From: Octopus sinensis
Taxonomy: Eukaryota
Direction of reading: 5' to 3'
Length of the DNA: 64,000 bases
Assembly: GCF_006345805.1 (NCBI RefSeq)
Contig: NC_042997.1
Coordinates: 209,808,001-209,872,000, forward strand
Part shown: positions 1 to 14,960 of the stretch, one piece after another
Layout of the letters: every line of letters begins with the position of its first letter
How positions within the stretch are numbered: the stretch's first letter is position 1
Translations under genes and position numbers: made by a program
The notes under the pieces: generated by a model
What the model saw: only the letters and a program-made list of their open reading frames with translations
The model's database searches: none
Told to the model about the DNA's origin: nothing

Positions 1-1106
1 TATTATGCAACTCAAACAGTGATAGACATAAACCAATACATAAATAACAAATAATATATATATAACTAGATCTCAAAAAGTATAAAAATGAATGATAAAT
101 ATATAATATAATAAGTAAAAACACTACGTACGTTTCATGGCTACAATTAAATTCAAATTACAATTAAGTTTCAATTGAAATAAATTCGAATTAAAATTAT
201 ACTGTGAAATTTGATTTAATACTAAATTGAATTTTTCCCTGTAAGTTTGGAGTTATACTCCCTAATATTATTATTATTATATATATATGTATATATAATT
301 ATATATATTTGCACACCCACCACATACTGAGTACAATAACTGTGATGTGTTACATTCTAAAAACTACAAAAATTCATTAACATACATATATATATATACA
401 CACACACATGGACGTGTTTATATATATATATATATAAACAGATGTGTTTGTACAAACGTTAATATTTTTCTCTCCTCTTTAATTAAACTTAAAAAGTAAA
501 ATAAATTATATTTTAAAGATTGCTTATATTTCTTACGATAAAAAGTTTATTCTATCTTCTCGACATAAGCATCTCTAACGGAATATGAACACACACATAC
601 ACCCCACACACCCACGCCGCACACATACGCTGAATAACACAGTAAAAGTAATGTTTATTTTTTTTATCTAAAATCCATGAAAGTTCACGTTATATTTATC
701 TGCCTTTCACTATTTATTGATTATAGATTATTGATCTAACCCCACCGTCCTCCACACCCTGTAGCTTGCCAGTGTCTGTAAAAGATAAAACAAATCTCTT
801 TTGTCCCATTTTGTATTTCAATCTCACAGCAAAATATCAAAAGTTCATCTTAAAAGTTCCCTACCACCACCACCACTTTCATCTGACCAACTACATCTTC
901 CTCACCAACTGAACACTCCCCCACTGTCTTCCCTCCACCAGCCCAGGACACTCTATACCACACCCCATGTATCTATGCACTCTACCCACACTCACGTCAG
1001 CAGAAGTGTTTTCCTAACTTTCAAATTAATTCAAAATTTCAATAAGTGGAATTACATTTTCTGTACACTACTTGTGTCTGATAAACCTGTACTTTCTATG
1101 TACGTT

Positions 1107-1137
<31 letters not shown>

Positions 1138-2648
1138 ATATTGTATGTTTATTTGTGTGCATATGTATGTGCTCATGTAAATGTATTTGTACTTGTGTAT
1201 GTTTATATATGTATATAAGTGTGTGTGTATATATTTGTTTTATATATTACACACAATTATGTTAAGGTGTTGTTGCAAGACAACTGTGTCGTATAACTTG
1301 TGTGTTTGTATCTGTATCATTCCAACACCTAAAACACACGTGCCTCGTTGGTCTCCAGAACACAAGCACTCCTTCCTCCTTTTGACTGAACCTTACCCCA
1401 CCTTGACTCAAAGCTGCCTGTGTATAGCTGACCTAAATCAGCTATACATTATATATATATATATATATACACCCTGTTCACCACTTTCAAGCTGATCCCT
1501 AATATTTCTCTCCTACCTCCCCATCCACCTACAAGCACGCACACACACACACACCAGGGCCTTTCTTATTGCATCTTTAACACTCCTCCCTTATTTCTCC
1601 TAGATTCCTACTTCTATTTTGTTGTTTACAATTTGGTATTCTTTACAGAAATGAAGAACAGATTTCTTTTTTTTTCTCTTTCACCAGAGTCTGAGTTAAA
1701 AAACAAAAACTGCAACACAAAAGCCGTTCCCTATTGGGGAACACATTTCTTGGTATTTCTTTAAGGCTTTGTATTTTGTCTCCCTCCAAAAACAAAAAAA
1801 ACAAAAATTTTATCATTATTCTTAGGGCAGTGGATCAACAGAACTGTTGGAATATTGGATAAAATACCTTGTGGTGTTTGTTCTAATTTGTTACATTGTG
1901 TTACTTTCCTGTTGGGGTCAAATTTGCTTTTCATCTGTCTAGGGTTAATAGAATAAAGTACCAGTAAAGCACAGGGGCTAATGTAATTACCTGCCCCTCT
2001 CCTAAAAATTAGTGTCCTTCTCCCTGAATTAGAATTATTAATACCAGTAATTTCTGTCCCCAATATTAGCAGGGGATAAGGTGGGAGTTGGCAGAACTGT
2101 TACCATGCTGGGCGAAATGCTTAGTGGCATTTCATCCATCTTTATGTTCTGAAGTTAACTTTGCCTTTCATCTCTTTGGTGGGGGTCACTAAAATAAATA
2201 CCAGTTGCGCACTGGGGTTGATGTAATTGACTTACCCCCCCACTTCCCCTGAACTTGCTGGCCTTGTGCCAAAATTTGAAACCAGTGGATTGACAAAATC
2301 ATCAGAGCAGTGGAAGAAATACCTTTTGGTATTTAGTTTAGTCCTATATAATTCTGAGTTTGAATCCCACAGAGTTTAACTTTCAGGGGTCAATAAAGTG
2401 AAGTACCAATCAAGTACTTGGGTTGATCTAATCAATTAGCACCTGCCTGCTAAAATAGTTGGCACAATGCCAAAATGAGAATCATTGCGAAGATGACAAG
2501 ATGGCAAAATTGTTAGCAGCGTCAGAAGAATGCCTAGCAGCTTTCTTCCAGCTCTTTACATTCTGAGTTCAAATCCAATGAGGCGCAACTTTGCCTTTCG
2601 GGTTGAACAATATAGGATACCAGTCAAGTACTAGGGTCAATAAATAAA

Positions 2649-2679
<31 letters not shown>

Positions 2680-4352
2680 TATCCATCTTCCCCCAAATTG
2701 CTGGCTTTGTGCCCAAAATAGAATTATTATTATTAAATTACTGCAAATGTAAACAAATCGTGGAGTTTATTCCATGTCCATCTGCACAATATTACCGTTA
2801 TATTACTCTTATGTCTGTGAGTAGCAAAGTGCCAAGGGACCTACTGTTGTGTCTGCACATCCCCAATATAACGCATTGGCTTTTAATGGAAGAAACACAG
2901 GGGGTGGAGGGGGTAATATTGAACTCTAGTCTTCTGTTGTTGCATGTGAATTCACAGTCAAAACAAAGAATAAAAGTTCTTCCTTTCAATAAAAGTATTT
3001 TAAAGTTTACCATATTTTGGCACCCTGCCCCCTCGCTCAACCAAACGTACTCTTTCTGTTCTCCCCGTTTTTCTGCTAACCATCGTCCCACCATCACAAT
3101 CACCACCTCTGTATAGTTTTATAATTAAGCTTTCGTGTATGCATCATGCTGCTAATATCTTCATATATACATTCTCCATTCTATCCTAAATCTGATTAAA
3201 ACTTTCAAGGTTGTCTCCACTGACCATCTTCACACACACACACACACACACATGTTTGCCATGGAGAAAAATACGTTGCTTCATCTAAAGCATTGATTAT
3301 CCATTTTTTCCTTTCCCCCTCTGGACCCCTTCCCTTAGCCATTTGATGTTTAAAAAAGTTGCTCTACAGATACTTTCAAAATTCCTATTTTGTTTGCCCC
3401 ACATTCCCTTGTGTAGGCTGAACTGTGTAAAACATCAGAGAAAGAAACCTGTTTCTTACAACAAACACATCTAAAGCAAAAGTTATCCACGGACCCATAA
3501 AATACTACCGTGGACCCAATTTACTATTTTTCTTGGGTGCATCACCAAAATTCTTGTATGGACCCCCCTCCCCACCCCCAGTTAAAAACCACTGATCTAA
3601 AGTATGAGTTATTTTCTCAAAGACAAAACTGCAGTAAAAAGGCCTTTTACAGGTTCTGATATAATCCCAAAACATATTTGAACTGATCAAAGGTTTGTAT
3701 AACTACCCACAATATACATAAATCATTTTTAAGGGTGGAACTCAAAGTAGATAAAAGTTACAAACACTAGCATGCAGAATACTTGGATGACAAAAAAAAA
3801 AAAGGTGAAGGTTACGCATGGGACACAAACCCATATATACATTATATATATATATATATATATATATATCATCATCATCATCGTTTAACGTCCGTTCTCC
3901 ATGCTAGCATGAGTTGGACGGTTCGACCTGGGATCTGGGAAGCCAGGAGGCTGCACCAGGCTCCAGTCTTATCTGGCAATGTTTCTACAGCTGGATGCCC
4001 TTCCTAACGCCAACCACTCCATGAGTGTAGTGGGTGCTTTTTACGTGCCACCTGCACTGGTGCCAGGCGAGGCTGGCATCGGCCACGGTCGGATTGGTGC
4101 ATTTTACGTGCCACCTGCACGGAAGCCAATATACACACATATATATATGTCAGTTTTTCAGTTTCCTTCTACTAATTCCACTCACAATAGTCATGGTAAG
4201 ACAACAAAAGAATGAATGAGACCTCAATATTATGTAAATAGAGAAATCTATCTGTAATATAATTTGTGTCAATTATTCGGTTGCCATAATAAAACTCTGA
4301 GTTTCGGATGTCAGGGTGGAAATCTTCAGCATTAGCATTTTTTTTTTTCTCT

Positions 4353-4415
4353 TAATAACTGAAGAGATGCTGGAGCAGATTTCTGCCCCGACATCCGAAA
4401 CTCAGAGTTTTATTA
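4353..4415 (+). ncRNA. Type-I hammerhead ribozyme motif, family A
   Basis: TAATAA-CTGAAGA-GATGCTGGAGCAG(attt)CTGCCCCGACATCC-GAAA-CTC(a)GAG-TT-TTATTA. Stem I is 6 bp, stem II is long, stem III is short, and the predicted cleavage triplet is GUU at 4407-4409. Confidence 0.75.
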
Positions 4416-4466
4416 TGGCAACCGAATAATAGTCACATATATATATATATATATACACACACACAT

Positions 4467-4829
4467 GGAGGCACAATAGCTCAGTGGTAAGGGCAGCAGA
4501 CTCACGGTTTTGATTCCCACACCAAGTGTTGTGTTTATTGAGCGAAAACACCTAAAGCTCCACGAGGCTCCGGCAGGGGGTGGGGAGAACCCTGCTGTAC
4601 TCTTTCACTACAACTTTCCTCTCATTTTCTTCTTCCTGTTTCCGTTGTACCTGTATTTCAAAGGGCCAGCCTTGTCACACTCTGTCATGCTGAATTTTCC
4701 CGAGAATTACTTTAAGGTTACACGTATCTGTGGAGTGCTCAGCCACTTGCACATTAATTTCATGAACAGGCTGTTCCGTTGATCGGATCAACCAGAACCC
4801 TCGTCGTCGTAACCGACGGAGTGCCACGA
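4467..4829 (+). mobile_element. tRNA-derived SINE family 3 (others at 49240-49420 minus and ~50595-50915 plus)
   Basis: GGAGGCACAATAGCTCAGTGG A box, GGTTTTGATTCCC B box and a shared 3' body ending CGTAACCGACGGAG. Confidence 0.8.
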
Positions 4830-6179
4830 TATATATATATATACACGCAATTACACATTATGAGAAGTAAAAAAAATTAAAATTTTTAATTTAATTCCAA
4901 GCACAACTACATTAATATTTTGAGATTCAACATAATTATTGCTATAATTACCACAATTACTACCACTACTGCTGTTTAAAGCTTCCATAAAAAATGCCTT
5001 GCAGTTCTTTACATTCTGAGTTCAAATCCTGCCAAGGTCAACTTTGCCTTTTATCATCCCAGGGCTGATAAAATAAAGAACCAGTCAAGTACTGGAGTTG
5101 ATAGAATCAACTAACCCCTCTCCCTCAAATTTCAGGCCTTGTACCTATGCTAGAAATAATAATAAAATTTCTCTGACTAATAACCTCTCTACACTGAAGT
5201 AAAATGTAATTGCATTTCTGAGAAACACACTATCTTCACAGTGCAGCTTTAAATATAAAAAGTTATATTAAAAAAAAAAAAAAACAGACAAAAAAATATC
5301 CCTGATCCCTATATTACATATACACACACACATCTCTAATTTCACTGCAGCTTTACCCTCATTATTGCAAATTACCACTTAATTATTACCTCACTTCCTC
5401 TCAGGTTTTGCTTCGCCTTTACCCCCAGATTAATATATTTCAGAATTAAGGCAGTGACCTGGCGCAATTGGTAGCATGTTGGACTGAAAAGCTTAACAGC
5501 ATTTCATCCATCTGTGTTCTGAGTTCAAATTCTGCCAAGGTCAATTTTGCCTTTTATCCTTTCAGGGTTACTAAATTAAGTACCAGTAGAATACTGGGGT
5601 TGATATAATCGACTTACTCCTCCTCCAAAATTGCTGGCCTTGTGCTAAAATTTGAAATCAATATTTTTAAGAAGTATTCTCTTCTCACAGTCACTCATTA
5701 TCTTCTTCAATCTCATAACGAACTACCATTTTTTCAAATTAATTAATTGTTATTTTCCGTTTATTAATACACTTCCAGTCCTAAACAAACCCATCCATGT
5801 TTTAGTTTTGGTTTTTGGGAAATTCCATTGAATTAAAAACCTTCAATTAGTTATTGATTTGGTTGACCCCTCTCACTTGCAATGTCCCCTTCTAGATTTG
5901 GTATAAATAAACAAGAAGGGAAATAAATGCATCCCCACCACTGAGATATAATTAGTTAACCCTAGCATAGAAGTTATCAGTGACTCTCAGTGAGTTTTTT
6001 TTTTTCTTTTCTTTTACATGGAGACTAAAAATTACTGTTTCAAACTGGATTATTTGAATTTTAGGAAATGTACAGAACGTTTCTTTAAGGCTTATATAAA
6101 GTGAAATACATAATCTACAGAAAAAAATTCATAAATGGAGGTATAATGAATGTTTTAAGATTGTTTAAACATGTGTATA

Positions 6180-6860
6180 TCATCATCATCGTTTAATGTC
6201 TGCTTTCCATGCTGGCATGGGTTGGACAGTTCAACTGGGGTCTGGGAAGCCAGAAGCTGCACCAGGCTCCAATCTGATCTGGCAGTGTTTCTACAGCTGG
6301 ATGCCCTTCCTAATGCCAACCACTCCCAGAGTATAGTCGGTGCTTTTTATGTGCCACTGGCACAGGGGCCAGAGGAGCTGGCACCAACCATGATTGGACG
6401 GTGCTTTTTACGTGCCACCGGCAAGGAAGCCAGTTAAGGTGGTACTGGCATTGACCACGTTTGGATGGTGCTTTTTACGTGCCACCAGCACAGGGGTTAC
6501 AACTACAATTTCCATCTGATTTGATATTGATGTTGATGTACTTGACTCAATAGGTCCCCTCAAGCACAGCATGTCACCCTATGATCCTAGATACTTTTGA
6601 GCGGGCTGGTTATGCAACACTGGTGTAGGTTAGAGCTGTGAAGTCACTTTATTTGCCGGGTCTTCTCAGTCACAGCATACCTCCAGAGGTCTCTGTCTTT
6701 TGTCATTGCTTCTGTGAAGCCCAACGTTCGAAGGTCATGCTTCACCACCACATCCCATGTCTTCCTGGGTTTCCCTCTACTGTTTGGGAGTGGCACTTCT
6801 TCACACAGCTCTCCTTGTCCATCCGCAGTACATGACCACACCAATGCAAACGTCTCTCTT
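6180..6860 (-). mobile_element. 5'-truncated RTE copy (ORF end + 3'UTR + (GAT)n), representative of >20 RTE-tail fragments
   Basis: Matches the 3' end of the 20817-24383 element (GKPRKTWDVVVKHDLRTLG and AGGAAGGGCATCCAGCTGTAGAAAC). Similar tails occur near 3870, 8280, 11783, 20206, 32320, 32667, 36600, 45255, 47020, 47570, 49940, 55020, 58803 and 62150. Confidence 0.9.
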
Positions 6861-8597
6861 GGACTACTTTGCTGACACCTGGCTTAAAATTTTGTATTAG
6901 TCTACTGAAGCTTTATCTGTATATCACAACCTACCACAAAATCCTGCCCTTTTACCAGAAAATGTTGCAATTTATTTTGCTGTAATTTAAAACCCAACGT
7001 AGAATTATGCCACATTTTGATGGTGAGAAAAATAGCAGAGCTAACCAGGATGAGTTTATAGTCAGCATCTCTGTAGCTGCTAAGTGAAAGAGTATCCTGC
7101 AAATTGTCTTCTATATTAGAACTGTCTCACGATTGACGAACTCTAAGTAATACAAACTGCAGGGATGATATTCGTTAATTAACGCAGGGGTTCGTTGGTA
7201 GCCTGTATTTATTTCTAGTGCGGCAGGATAGTAGTCAGTTTATAGAGAATATTAATAAAACTGAAGACGGTGAGCTGGCAGAAACGTTAGCATGCCAGGT
7301 GAAATACTTAGTGGTATTTCGTCTGCCACTACGTTGAGTTATATATTATTTTGGAATATTTTCCTAAATGTATTTGAGACCTTGTTTAAGGTTACCTCAA
7401 TTGGGAGAATATTTTTTATTCACGAAATCGGTAGACATAATGAGTTTGGCTTTAGTAGCATTTTCAAAATTTAATTAAAGTAACTCTGGAATGATTACTA
7501 AGAGTTTTAGTGTTTTAACCCTAGGCTTGATCCAACAGGTCTATAATTAAAAGGACATTCAACAGTGACTGTCCCCTCTTTATATTCACTCAATATATCT
7601 ATAATTACATTATCCACTGAGTCTTATTTTTTTAAGATGGTGGTCTATGACTTGAGAGATTTGGCTGGCATTTCTAGCAGGTAGAGCGTCCACATTGAAG
7701 CTATCTCATCAATTTATAGGTTTTAGTTTCGTGTGTGTGTCCACTGAAGTATGTAGTAGTATTCATCAACAGATTTAGAATGAAAGGGACCCCCTCCTCA
7801 TCACTAGCAGAATTTATATTCAAAACCTAAACATTTCTTTGTTGTAGGAAAATAGTAGAAGCAAGGAGTGGTGCTGGTTGGGGGGAGGTTCAAATGATAG
7901 GAGGCATTTTGGCACAGCTGTTTTGGCGCTGCCTCTTCGGCAGCACTAAATCAATGCTGACTTCTTTGACGTGCATGCATGTAAGCAGATTTCTTTTGTG
8001 TGTGAGATAAGAGGGAAGGTATTTATATTAATTGTGTTCAGTTAATTATAATGCCTCGTTAGTGATCCTGCATGGCCCAGTGGTTAGGGTGTTGCTGATG
8101 CAAAGGAGTGGCTGTGTGGTAAGTAACTTGCTTACCAACCACATGGTTCCAGGTTCAGTCCCACTGCATAGCACCTTGGGCAAATGTCTTCTGCTATAGC
8201 CTTGGGCCGACCAAAGCCTTGTGAGTGGATTTGGTAAACAGAAACTGAAAGAAGCCCATCGTATATATACATATATATGCATCATCATCGTTCAACGTCC
8301 GTTTTCCACGCTAGCACGGGTTGGACGGTTCGACCAGGGTCTGGGATGCCAGGGGCTGCACCAGGCTCCAGTCTGATCTGGCAGTGTTTCTACGGCTGGA
8401 TGCCCTTCCTAACGCCAACCACTCTGCGAGTGTAGTGGGTGCTTTTTACGTACCACCCGCACAGGTGCCAGGGGGATCCGGGATCGGCCACGATCGGTTG
8501 GTGCTTTTAACGTGCCACCGGCACGGAAGCCAGCCAGGGCGGCGCTGGCATTGGCCACGTTCGGATGGTGCTTTTTATGTGCCACCGGCACAGAAGC

Positions 8598-8629
<32 letters not shown>

Positions 8630-9366
8630 ACGTATGTATTTGTGTGTCTGTGTTTGTTCCCATCATTGCTTGACAACCAATGCTAATGTGTTTATGCCCC
8701 CATAACTTAGTGGTTTGGCAAAGGAGACCGATAGAGTAAGTACAATGCTTAGAACGAAAATGTCCTGGGGTCGATTTGTTCGACTATAGGTGGTGCTCCA
8801 GCATGGCCACATTTCATTTTGCTCCAGTCCACTCATCTGTAAATGAGGCGTCCAGCAACAGACAGGTGTCCCATTCGTCAGAGCGAATGTTTTGATCTTG
8901 GACACTTGTACACCATAGGGACCAGGTAGCCAGCACTATGAACCCTAGGGCTTGAGACAATTTACTTCACAAAATCTCTCTCTGTGTATATTTCTGGTTG
9001 CACTAGTGTTCACGTTTGCTTCTAACACCAAAACAAACAATCGGAAGATCCAGTCAGCCGTTCAAAAAGTACCCAAAGATTAGAGTACAGCAAATGCTTT
9101 TTAATTCTCCACTTTGTACATTAAATATTAGAAAAGTGTGTGGAGGTCAGACAAATTCCTGTATCATATTTTCCATTAAGCTTTGGCTGCTGATGACTAT
9201 AATTAATTAATTAATTAATCAATCAATTGGTCTTGCTACCAATATTACACTGTGATGAGGGCGTTATTCTTATTCTTTGGTACTATTCAACAATCTATTA
9301 CAAAATGTTGGTCTTCAAATTAATTTCACAGAAATGTCTCAGTTATTATCATTATTATTATCATCT

Positions 9367-9830
9367 AAGGCAGCAAGCTGGCAGAATCATTACCATGCCG
9401 GGCAAAGTGCTTCGTGGTATTTCGTCTGTCGCGGCGTTCTGAGTTCAAATTCTGCCGAGGTTGACTTTGCCTTTCATCCTTATGGGGTCGATAAAATAAG
9501 TACCAGTTAAGCACTGGGGTCGATGTAATCGGTTTACTCCCTTCCCGAAATTGCTGGCCTTGTGCACAAAATTCGAAATTATTATTACTATTATCTAAGG
9601 TGGCGAGCTGGCAGAATCGTTAGCATGCTGGGTAAAATGCTCAAGGGCATTTCATCCATCCTGACGTTCTGAGTTCAAATTCCGCCAAGGCCGACTTTGC
9701 CTTTTGTCCTTTCAGGATTGATGAAATAAGGATCAGTTACGCACTGGGGTTGATGTAACTGACTAGCCCCCACCCCCACCCCACTCCCCAACCATTTCAG
9801 GGGCCCTGTGCCTATAGTAGAAAGGGTTAT
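9367..9830 (+). mobile_element. SINE family 2 with Deu/Nin-type core, two tandem copies (others near 2078-2730, 4990, 5448, 28304, 48370, 60890, 61860)
   Basis: GAGTTCAAATT B box followed by GCCTTTCATCCTTTCGGGGTCGATAAAATAAGTACCAG. Confidence 0.85.
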
Positions 9831-10962
9831 TATTTTCATCCCAAAATATAATTCCACTCCATTCGAATTTTATCAAAAGTAAATTTTTGTTTTTGTTTAT
9901 TTTATTATACATATATATTTTTTTGGTATTTTAAAGCATTTTTGATTCAATTAAAAAAAAATAAATGTTCAAATAAAATGATCTTTTAATGGAGACTGTC
10001 AGAGAGAGAAAGAGAGTGTGTGTTTGTGTGCATGCATGCCTGTATATATATATGTGTGTGTGTATATGTATATACACATATATATATATACACACACACA
10101 CATATATATATATATACACACATACACACAAACAGTCCGACCCATGCCAGCATGGAATATAGGATACTAAATGATGTATATATACATGTGTGTGTATATA
10201 TATCTCTATATAAGTATATATATATATATATACTCATAAATTATCATTTATGTCTGTTTACATACAATGTGGCTTAAGTTCTGGTATAATTATTTTTATT
10301 TTTATCATTACGACTATTTTTTACAATGTCAAATAATTGCGTTCACTTTTATATATACATATATATATTTTATTTTTCTCCCCCCCCCCCTTCGAAGAAC
10401 TTTCAATTTTTTTTATTTTTTTAAATCTACCATTTTCTGCACCGCCATGCTTGCAGTCCTCCCTCCCGCCCACGCCCACCCCTAAATACCATTTACAGAA
10501 CTCCTCCATTCCACCCACCCACCAACCTTCAAATGCTGCTAACTCACAATAAATTCCTCTCTCTCTCTCAACATTTTGCTCTTTCGATTTCATTTCCAAA
10601 ACCCATCTTCTTCGACATTACCCTAAAACTGCTTCCATTTTGCCATCCATTCCACCATTTTCTCAGTAGACACCTATTAAACCTGTTCTTATTCATCTTC
10701 ATCCAAACGAAACATAACCAACAACAACAACAACACCTTATTTTATTTCTCTCTCTCTCTCCCCCGCCACCATCTCTCCTCCTCCTCCTCTACTTATCTG
10801 TCTTGTTATTATACAGTTTTTTTTTGTTTTTTTTTTGTTTTTTTCCAAATGAAAATAAACTTGTTGCGTTATACGAAGTCACTGGTTCCGTGGTTTGTCT
10901 CTCTTCTCTTACTTCGTTTGTTTCGGTCACTGGACTAAGGCCGTGTTGGGGCACTGCCTTAA

Positions 10963-11364
10963 CCCTTTAGTATTTAAACTGGCCATAACCGGCCAAAATA
11001 TTTAATCTGTTTTATGTTCAAACTGACCAGATCCAGGCTCTCACACCTACCCTACAATGTCCACTTTTCAAGATTGCTCCTGGGGTCAGGCAGAATTTGA
11101 GGCAGATTTTCTACCGCCGAATGCTCTTTCTGTCACCAACCCTCAGCTGTTTCCAAGCAAAACCATTTTCCCTCCATTGCCAGACATATTTTTCACAGAA
11201 GACTAGAAATGAACAACTTTGCTGATGTCAAAATAAGGGTACAAAAAAAAACCCCAGTAATTACACCATCAAGATCTTGAAGATATGAGATAATGCATGA
11301 TTAATTCAAATCAATGGGAATCAATAAGCATTATGTTTGATAGGATAATCTGAACACTAAAGGG
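10963..11364. mobile_element. Second piggyBac-type MITE family
   Basis: TTAA|CCCTTTAGT ... ACTAAAGGG|TTAA. Confidence 0.72.
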
Positions 11365-12062
11365 TTAAAGGGATTTGGTTGGGGGAGGACTTTAAACTTT
11401 AGTAGTGGCTGTGTGGTAACAAACTTGCTTCCCAACCACATGGTTCCAGGTTCAGTCCCACACAGCATGGCACCTTGGGCAAGTGTCTTCTACCATAGCC
11501 TCGGGCTGACCAAAGCCTTGTGGGTGGATTTGGTAGGCAGGAACTGAAAGAAGCCCATCATATATATATATATATATATAATAATAAATATTAGGGAATA
11601 AATCCAAATTTACAGGGAAAAAATCAGATTTAGGATTAAATCCAATTTTATAGTAAAATATTATATAATATTAATTCGAGACAAAGCCACTATTTTGCAA
11701 AACAAACAAGGAAAGACTTAATCAATACATAAAATTTTAATATAAATAAACAAATAAATAAATACATATATATATATATATATCATCATCATTGTTTAAC
11801 GTTCACTTTCCATGCTGGCGTGGGTTGGACAGTTTGACTGAGGACTGGCGAGCCAGGATGCTGCACCAGGCTCCAGTCTGATCTGCCAATGTTTCTACAG
11901 CTGGATGCCCTTCCTAATGCCAACTACTCCGAGAGTGTAGTGGGTGCTTTTTATGTGCCATCAGGACAGAAGCCAGTCAGGCTGAACTGGCATCGACCAA
12001 CATTCGGACGGTGCTTTTTATGTGCCCCAATTTGGAGTGACAGTTTTTAAATATAAACAAAC

Positions 12063-14960
12063 AAGATTTTCTGGGCAGGGAACACTGACGGGGTCGGGTG
12101 CATGGGTATACTTCTTGCGGAGAAATGGGTGGATAAGGTAATCGAGGTAGTCAGAGGATGCGACAGAATACTTAAGATTAGATTAGTGCTTCATCATGGA
12201 TTAGCAACCATTATCTCGGCCTATGCCCCTCAGCCAGGGCTACCCGATGGACAGAAGGACCAATTCTATGACCCCCCCCCTCTTGCGGACTACCTCGTTA
12301 ACAAATGACAGGGACCCTATCTTTGTGTCTGGTGACTTCAATAGACATGTTGGATGACATATAGGAGGCTACAGTTTTTGGGTCCCGCAATGAGGAGGGA
12401 ACCAGGCTGCTGGAGTTCTGCGGTACAAATGATCTTATGGTTTGCAATACTAACTTCAGGAAACCTGCCAGTCACCTAGTCACCTACCATTCTGGCAGAT
12501 ACACAAGCCAAATTGACTACATCCTCACCAGAAAAAGGGAAAGATGGCTGCTTATAAATGCCAAAACCTTCCCAGGTGAAGAATGTATTCCACAACATAG
12601 ACTGGTAGTTAGTGACTTCAGGATCAGGGCTAAGTGGATGATACCCAGAAGACAACCAGCATGGAGGAGAAGGGTCTGGAAGCTTAAAGATCCTGCGAAT
12701 GGACAGAGATTTAGACATATTACTCAAAAACTTTGCCGAAATAGAAGGGGATATAGCTTTACACGATATAGAAGACAACTGGAGGTTTCTACGGGACAAC
12801 CTGCTGAGAGCCACTGACCAGATCTGTGGATGGTGCAAAGTCCCCTCTCGACCCAAAATAATGTGGTGGTGGAATAATGTTGTTGACGGGGCTATTACAG
12901 AAAAGAAACAGGCTTGGAAGGACTGGAAGAATGGTGGTAGCAGGGAAGTGTATCCGACTGCCAGAAGGGAAGCTACAAGACAGGTTTATTTAGCCAGAGG
13001 GGAAGCAGATAAGAAAAAATTTGCCAATGTTCTGCGCCATGAGGACCAAAGACTTGAGGTATTTCGTGTTGCAAGACAGTTTGTGAGAGAGAATCGTGAT
13101 GTTGTAGGAAAGAAATGTGTCCGCATGGATGATGGTTCTCTTGCACTAAATGAGGATGCAAAGAGAGAGGTTTGGAGATGCCACTATGAAAGGTTGCTCA
13201 ATAAAAAAAATGAATGGGAGAAAGAGAGTCTGCCGAATGTCGACCCAACAGAGGGACCAGCTATCCAAGTTGACAGTACCTTGGTAGTTAAAGCAATTAA
13301 GAGTATGAAGAGAGGGAAAGCCCCTGGCCCATCAGGAATCACTGCAGAGATGCTCAAAATATCTGGCAGTGTTGGCTATAGCCTAGTCACCTATATAGTT
13401 AACCAGGTGATACACGAAGGAGTCATACCCAATGACTGGTGTAGCAGCACCATAGTCAACTGCTACAAAAGTAAAGGTGATGCTTTAGATACAAATAATT
13501 AGAGGTATCAAGTTGTTGGATCAGGTAATGAAGGTCATGGAGAGGGTCATAGCTCAACCAATTAGGGAGAGAGTCAGTTTAGATGAGATGCAGTTTGGGT
13601 TCGTGCCAGGGAAAAGCACCACTGATGCTATATTCCTGGTAAGACAGCTGCAGGAGAAATACCTAGCCAAAGATAAACCTCTGTATCTGGCTTTCATTGA
13701 CATGAAGAAAGCCTTTGACAGGGTCCCCCGATCCCTTATCTAGTGGTCAATGAGGAAACTAGGGATAGATGAATGGTTAGTGAGAGCCATGCAAGCCATG
13801 TACAGGGATGCTGTCAGTAAGGTGAGGGTTGGCAATGAGTACAGTGAAGAATTCAGGGTAGAGGTAGGTGTCCACCAAGGTTCAGTCCTCAGCCCCCTCC
13901 TATTTACTATAGTCCTCCAGGCAATAACAGGAATTCAAGACAGGATGCCCCAGGGAGCTCCTCTATACTGACAACCTTGCTCTAATTGCCAAGTCACTAT
14001 CAGAACTAGAGGAGAAGTTTCAGGTGTGGAAACAAGGATTAGAATCGAAGGGACTTAGAGTCAACCTAGCTAAAACCAAAGTCCTAATATGTAGGAAGGC
14101 AGACAAACCACAAATCCCATGAGGTAGATGGCCCTGCTCGATCTGTAGAAAAATCACAGGTAGAAAATCTATAAGATGCACCAAGTGTAAGCTATGGACA
14201 CATAAGAGGTGCAGCAATATCAAAGACAGTTTTTGTATGTGGCAGATGCTCAGGAGCAATAAACACTGAAAATGCTCTGAGACCAACTTCTGACACATTT
14301 CAGGGAGAAAAACTAGAAATAGTTAATAGTTTCCGTTACCTAGGTGACCAAGTCAGTAGTGGGGGGGGGTGCGCTGAAAGTGTAACTGCTAGAGTAAGAA
14401 TAGCCTGGGCAAAGTTTAGGGAGCTCTTACCTCTGCTGGTAACAAAGGGCCTCTCGCTCAGAGTAAAAGGTAGACTGTATGATGCGTGTGTACAAACAGC
14501 CATGCTACATGGCAGTGAAACATGGGCTGTAACTGCTGATAACATGCATAAGCTCGCAAGGAATGAAGCCAGCATTCTCCGATGGATGTGTAATGTCAGT
14601 GTGCATACTCGACAGAGTGTAAGTACCTTGAGAGAAAAGTTGGATCTAAGAAGCATCAGATGTGGTGTGCAAGAGAGACGACTGCACTGGTATGGTCATG
14701 TGGCAAGAATGGATGAGGATAGTTGTGTGAAAAAGTGCCACATCCTAGCGGTTGAGAGAACCTGTGGAATAGGTAGACCCAGGAAAACCTGGGATGAGGT
14801 GGTGAAGCACAACCTTTGAACATTAGGCCTCACCGAGGCAATGACTAGTGACCGAGTCCTTTGGAAATATGCAGTGCGCTTGAGAAGACCTGGCAAGCTA
14901 AGTGAGACCATAACCCATGACCTATGCCTGAGGTGTAACCAACCCACTTATGCATACCTT
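12063..14960 (+). mobile_element. RTE-clade LINE, 5'-truncated, decayed APE-RT ORF
   Basis: ORF fragments contain SAYAPQ, GDFN, SQIDY, GKAPGPSGI, QFGF, AFDRV, GVHQGSVLSP and WYGHVARM...GRPRKTW, with several stops and frameshifts. Confidence 0.95.

Noticed and set aside
121-145. Minus-strand GAAA-CGTACG-TA-GTGT resembling a hammerhead 3' half
   Set aside because: No CTGANGA half found upstream, so not counted as a motif.
801-10970. Numerous 60-150 aa ORFs in the first 11 kb
   Set aside because: They derive from (TA)n/(TG)n microsatellites and SINEs, with no recognisable motifs or consistent splice pattern.
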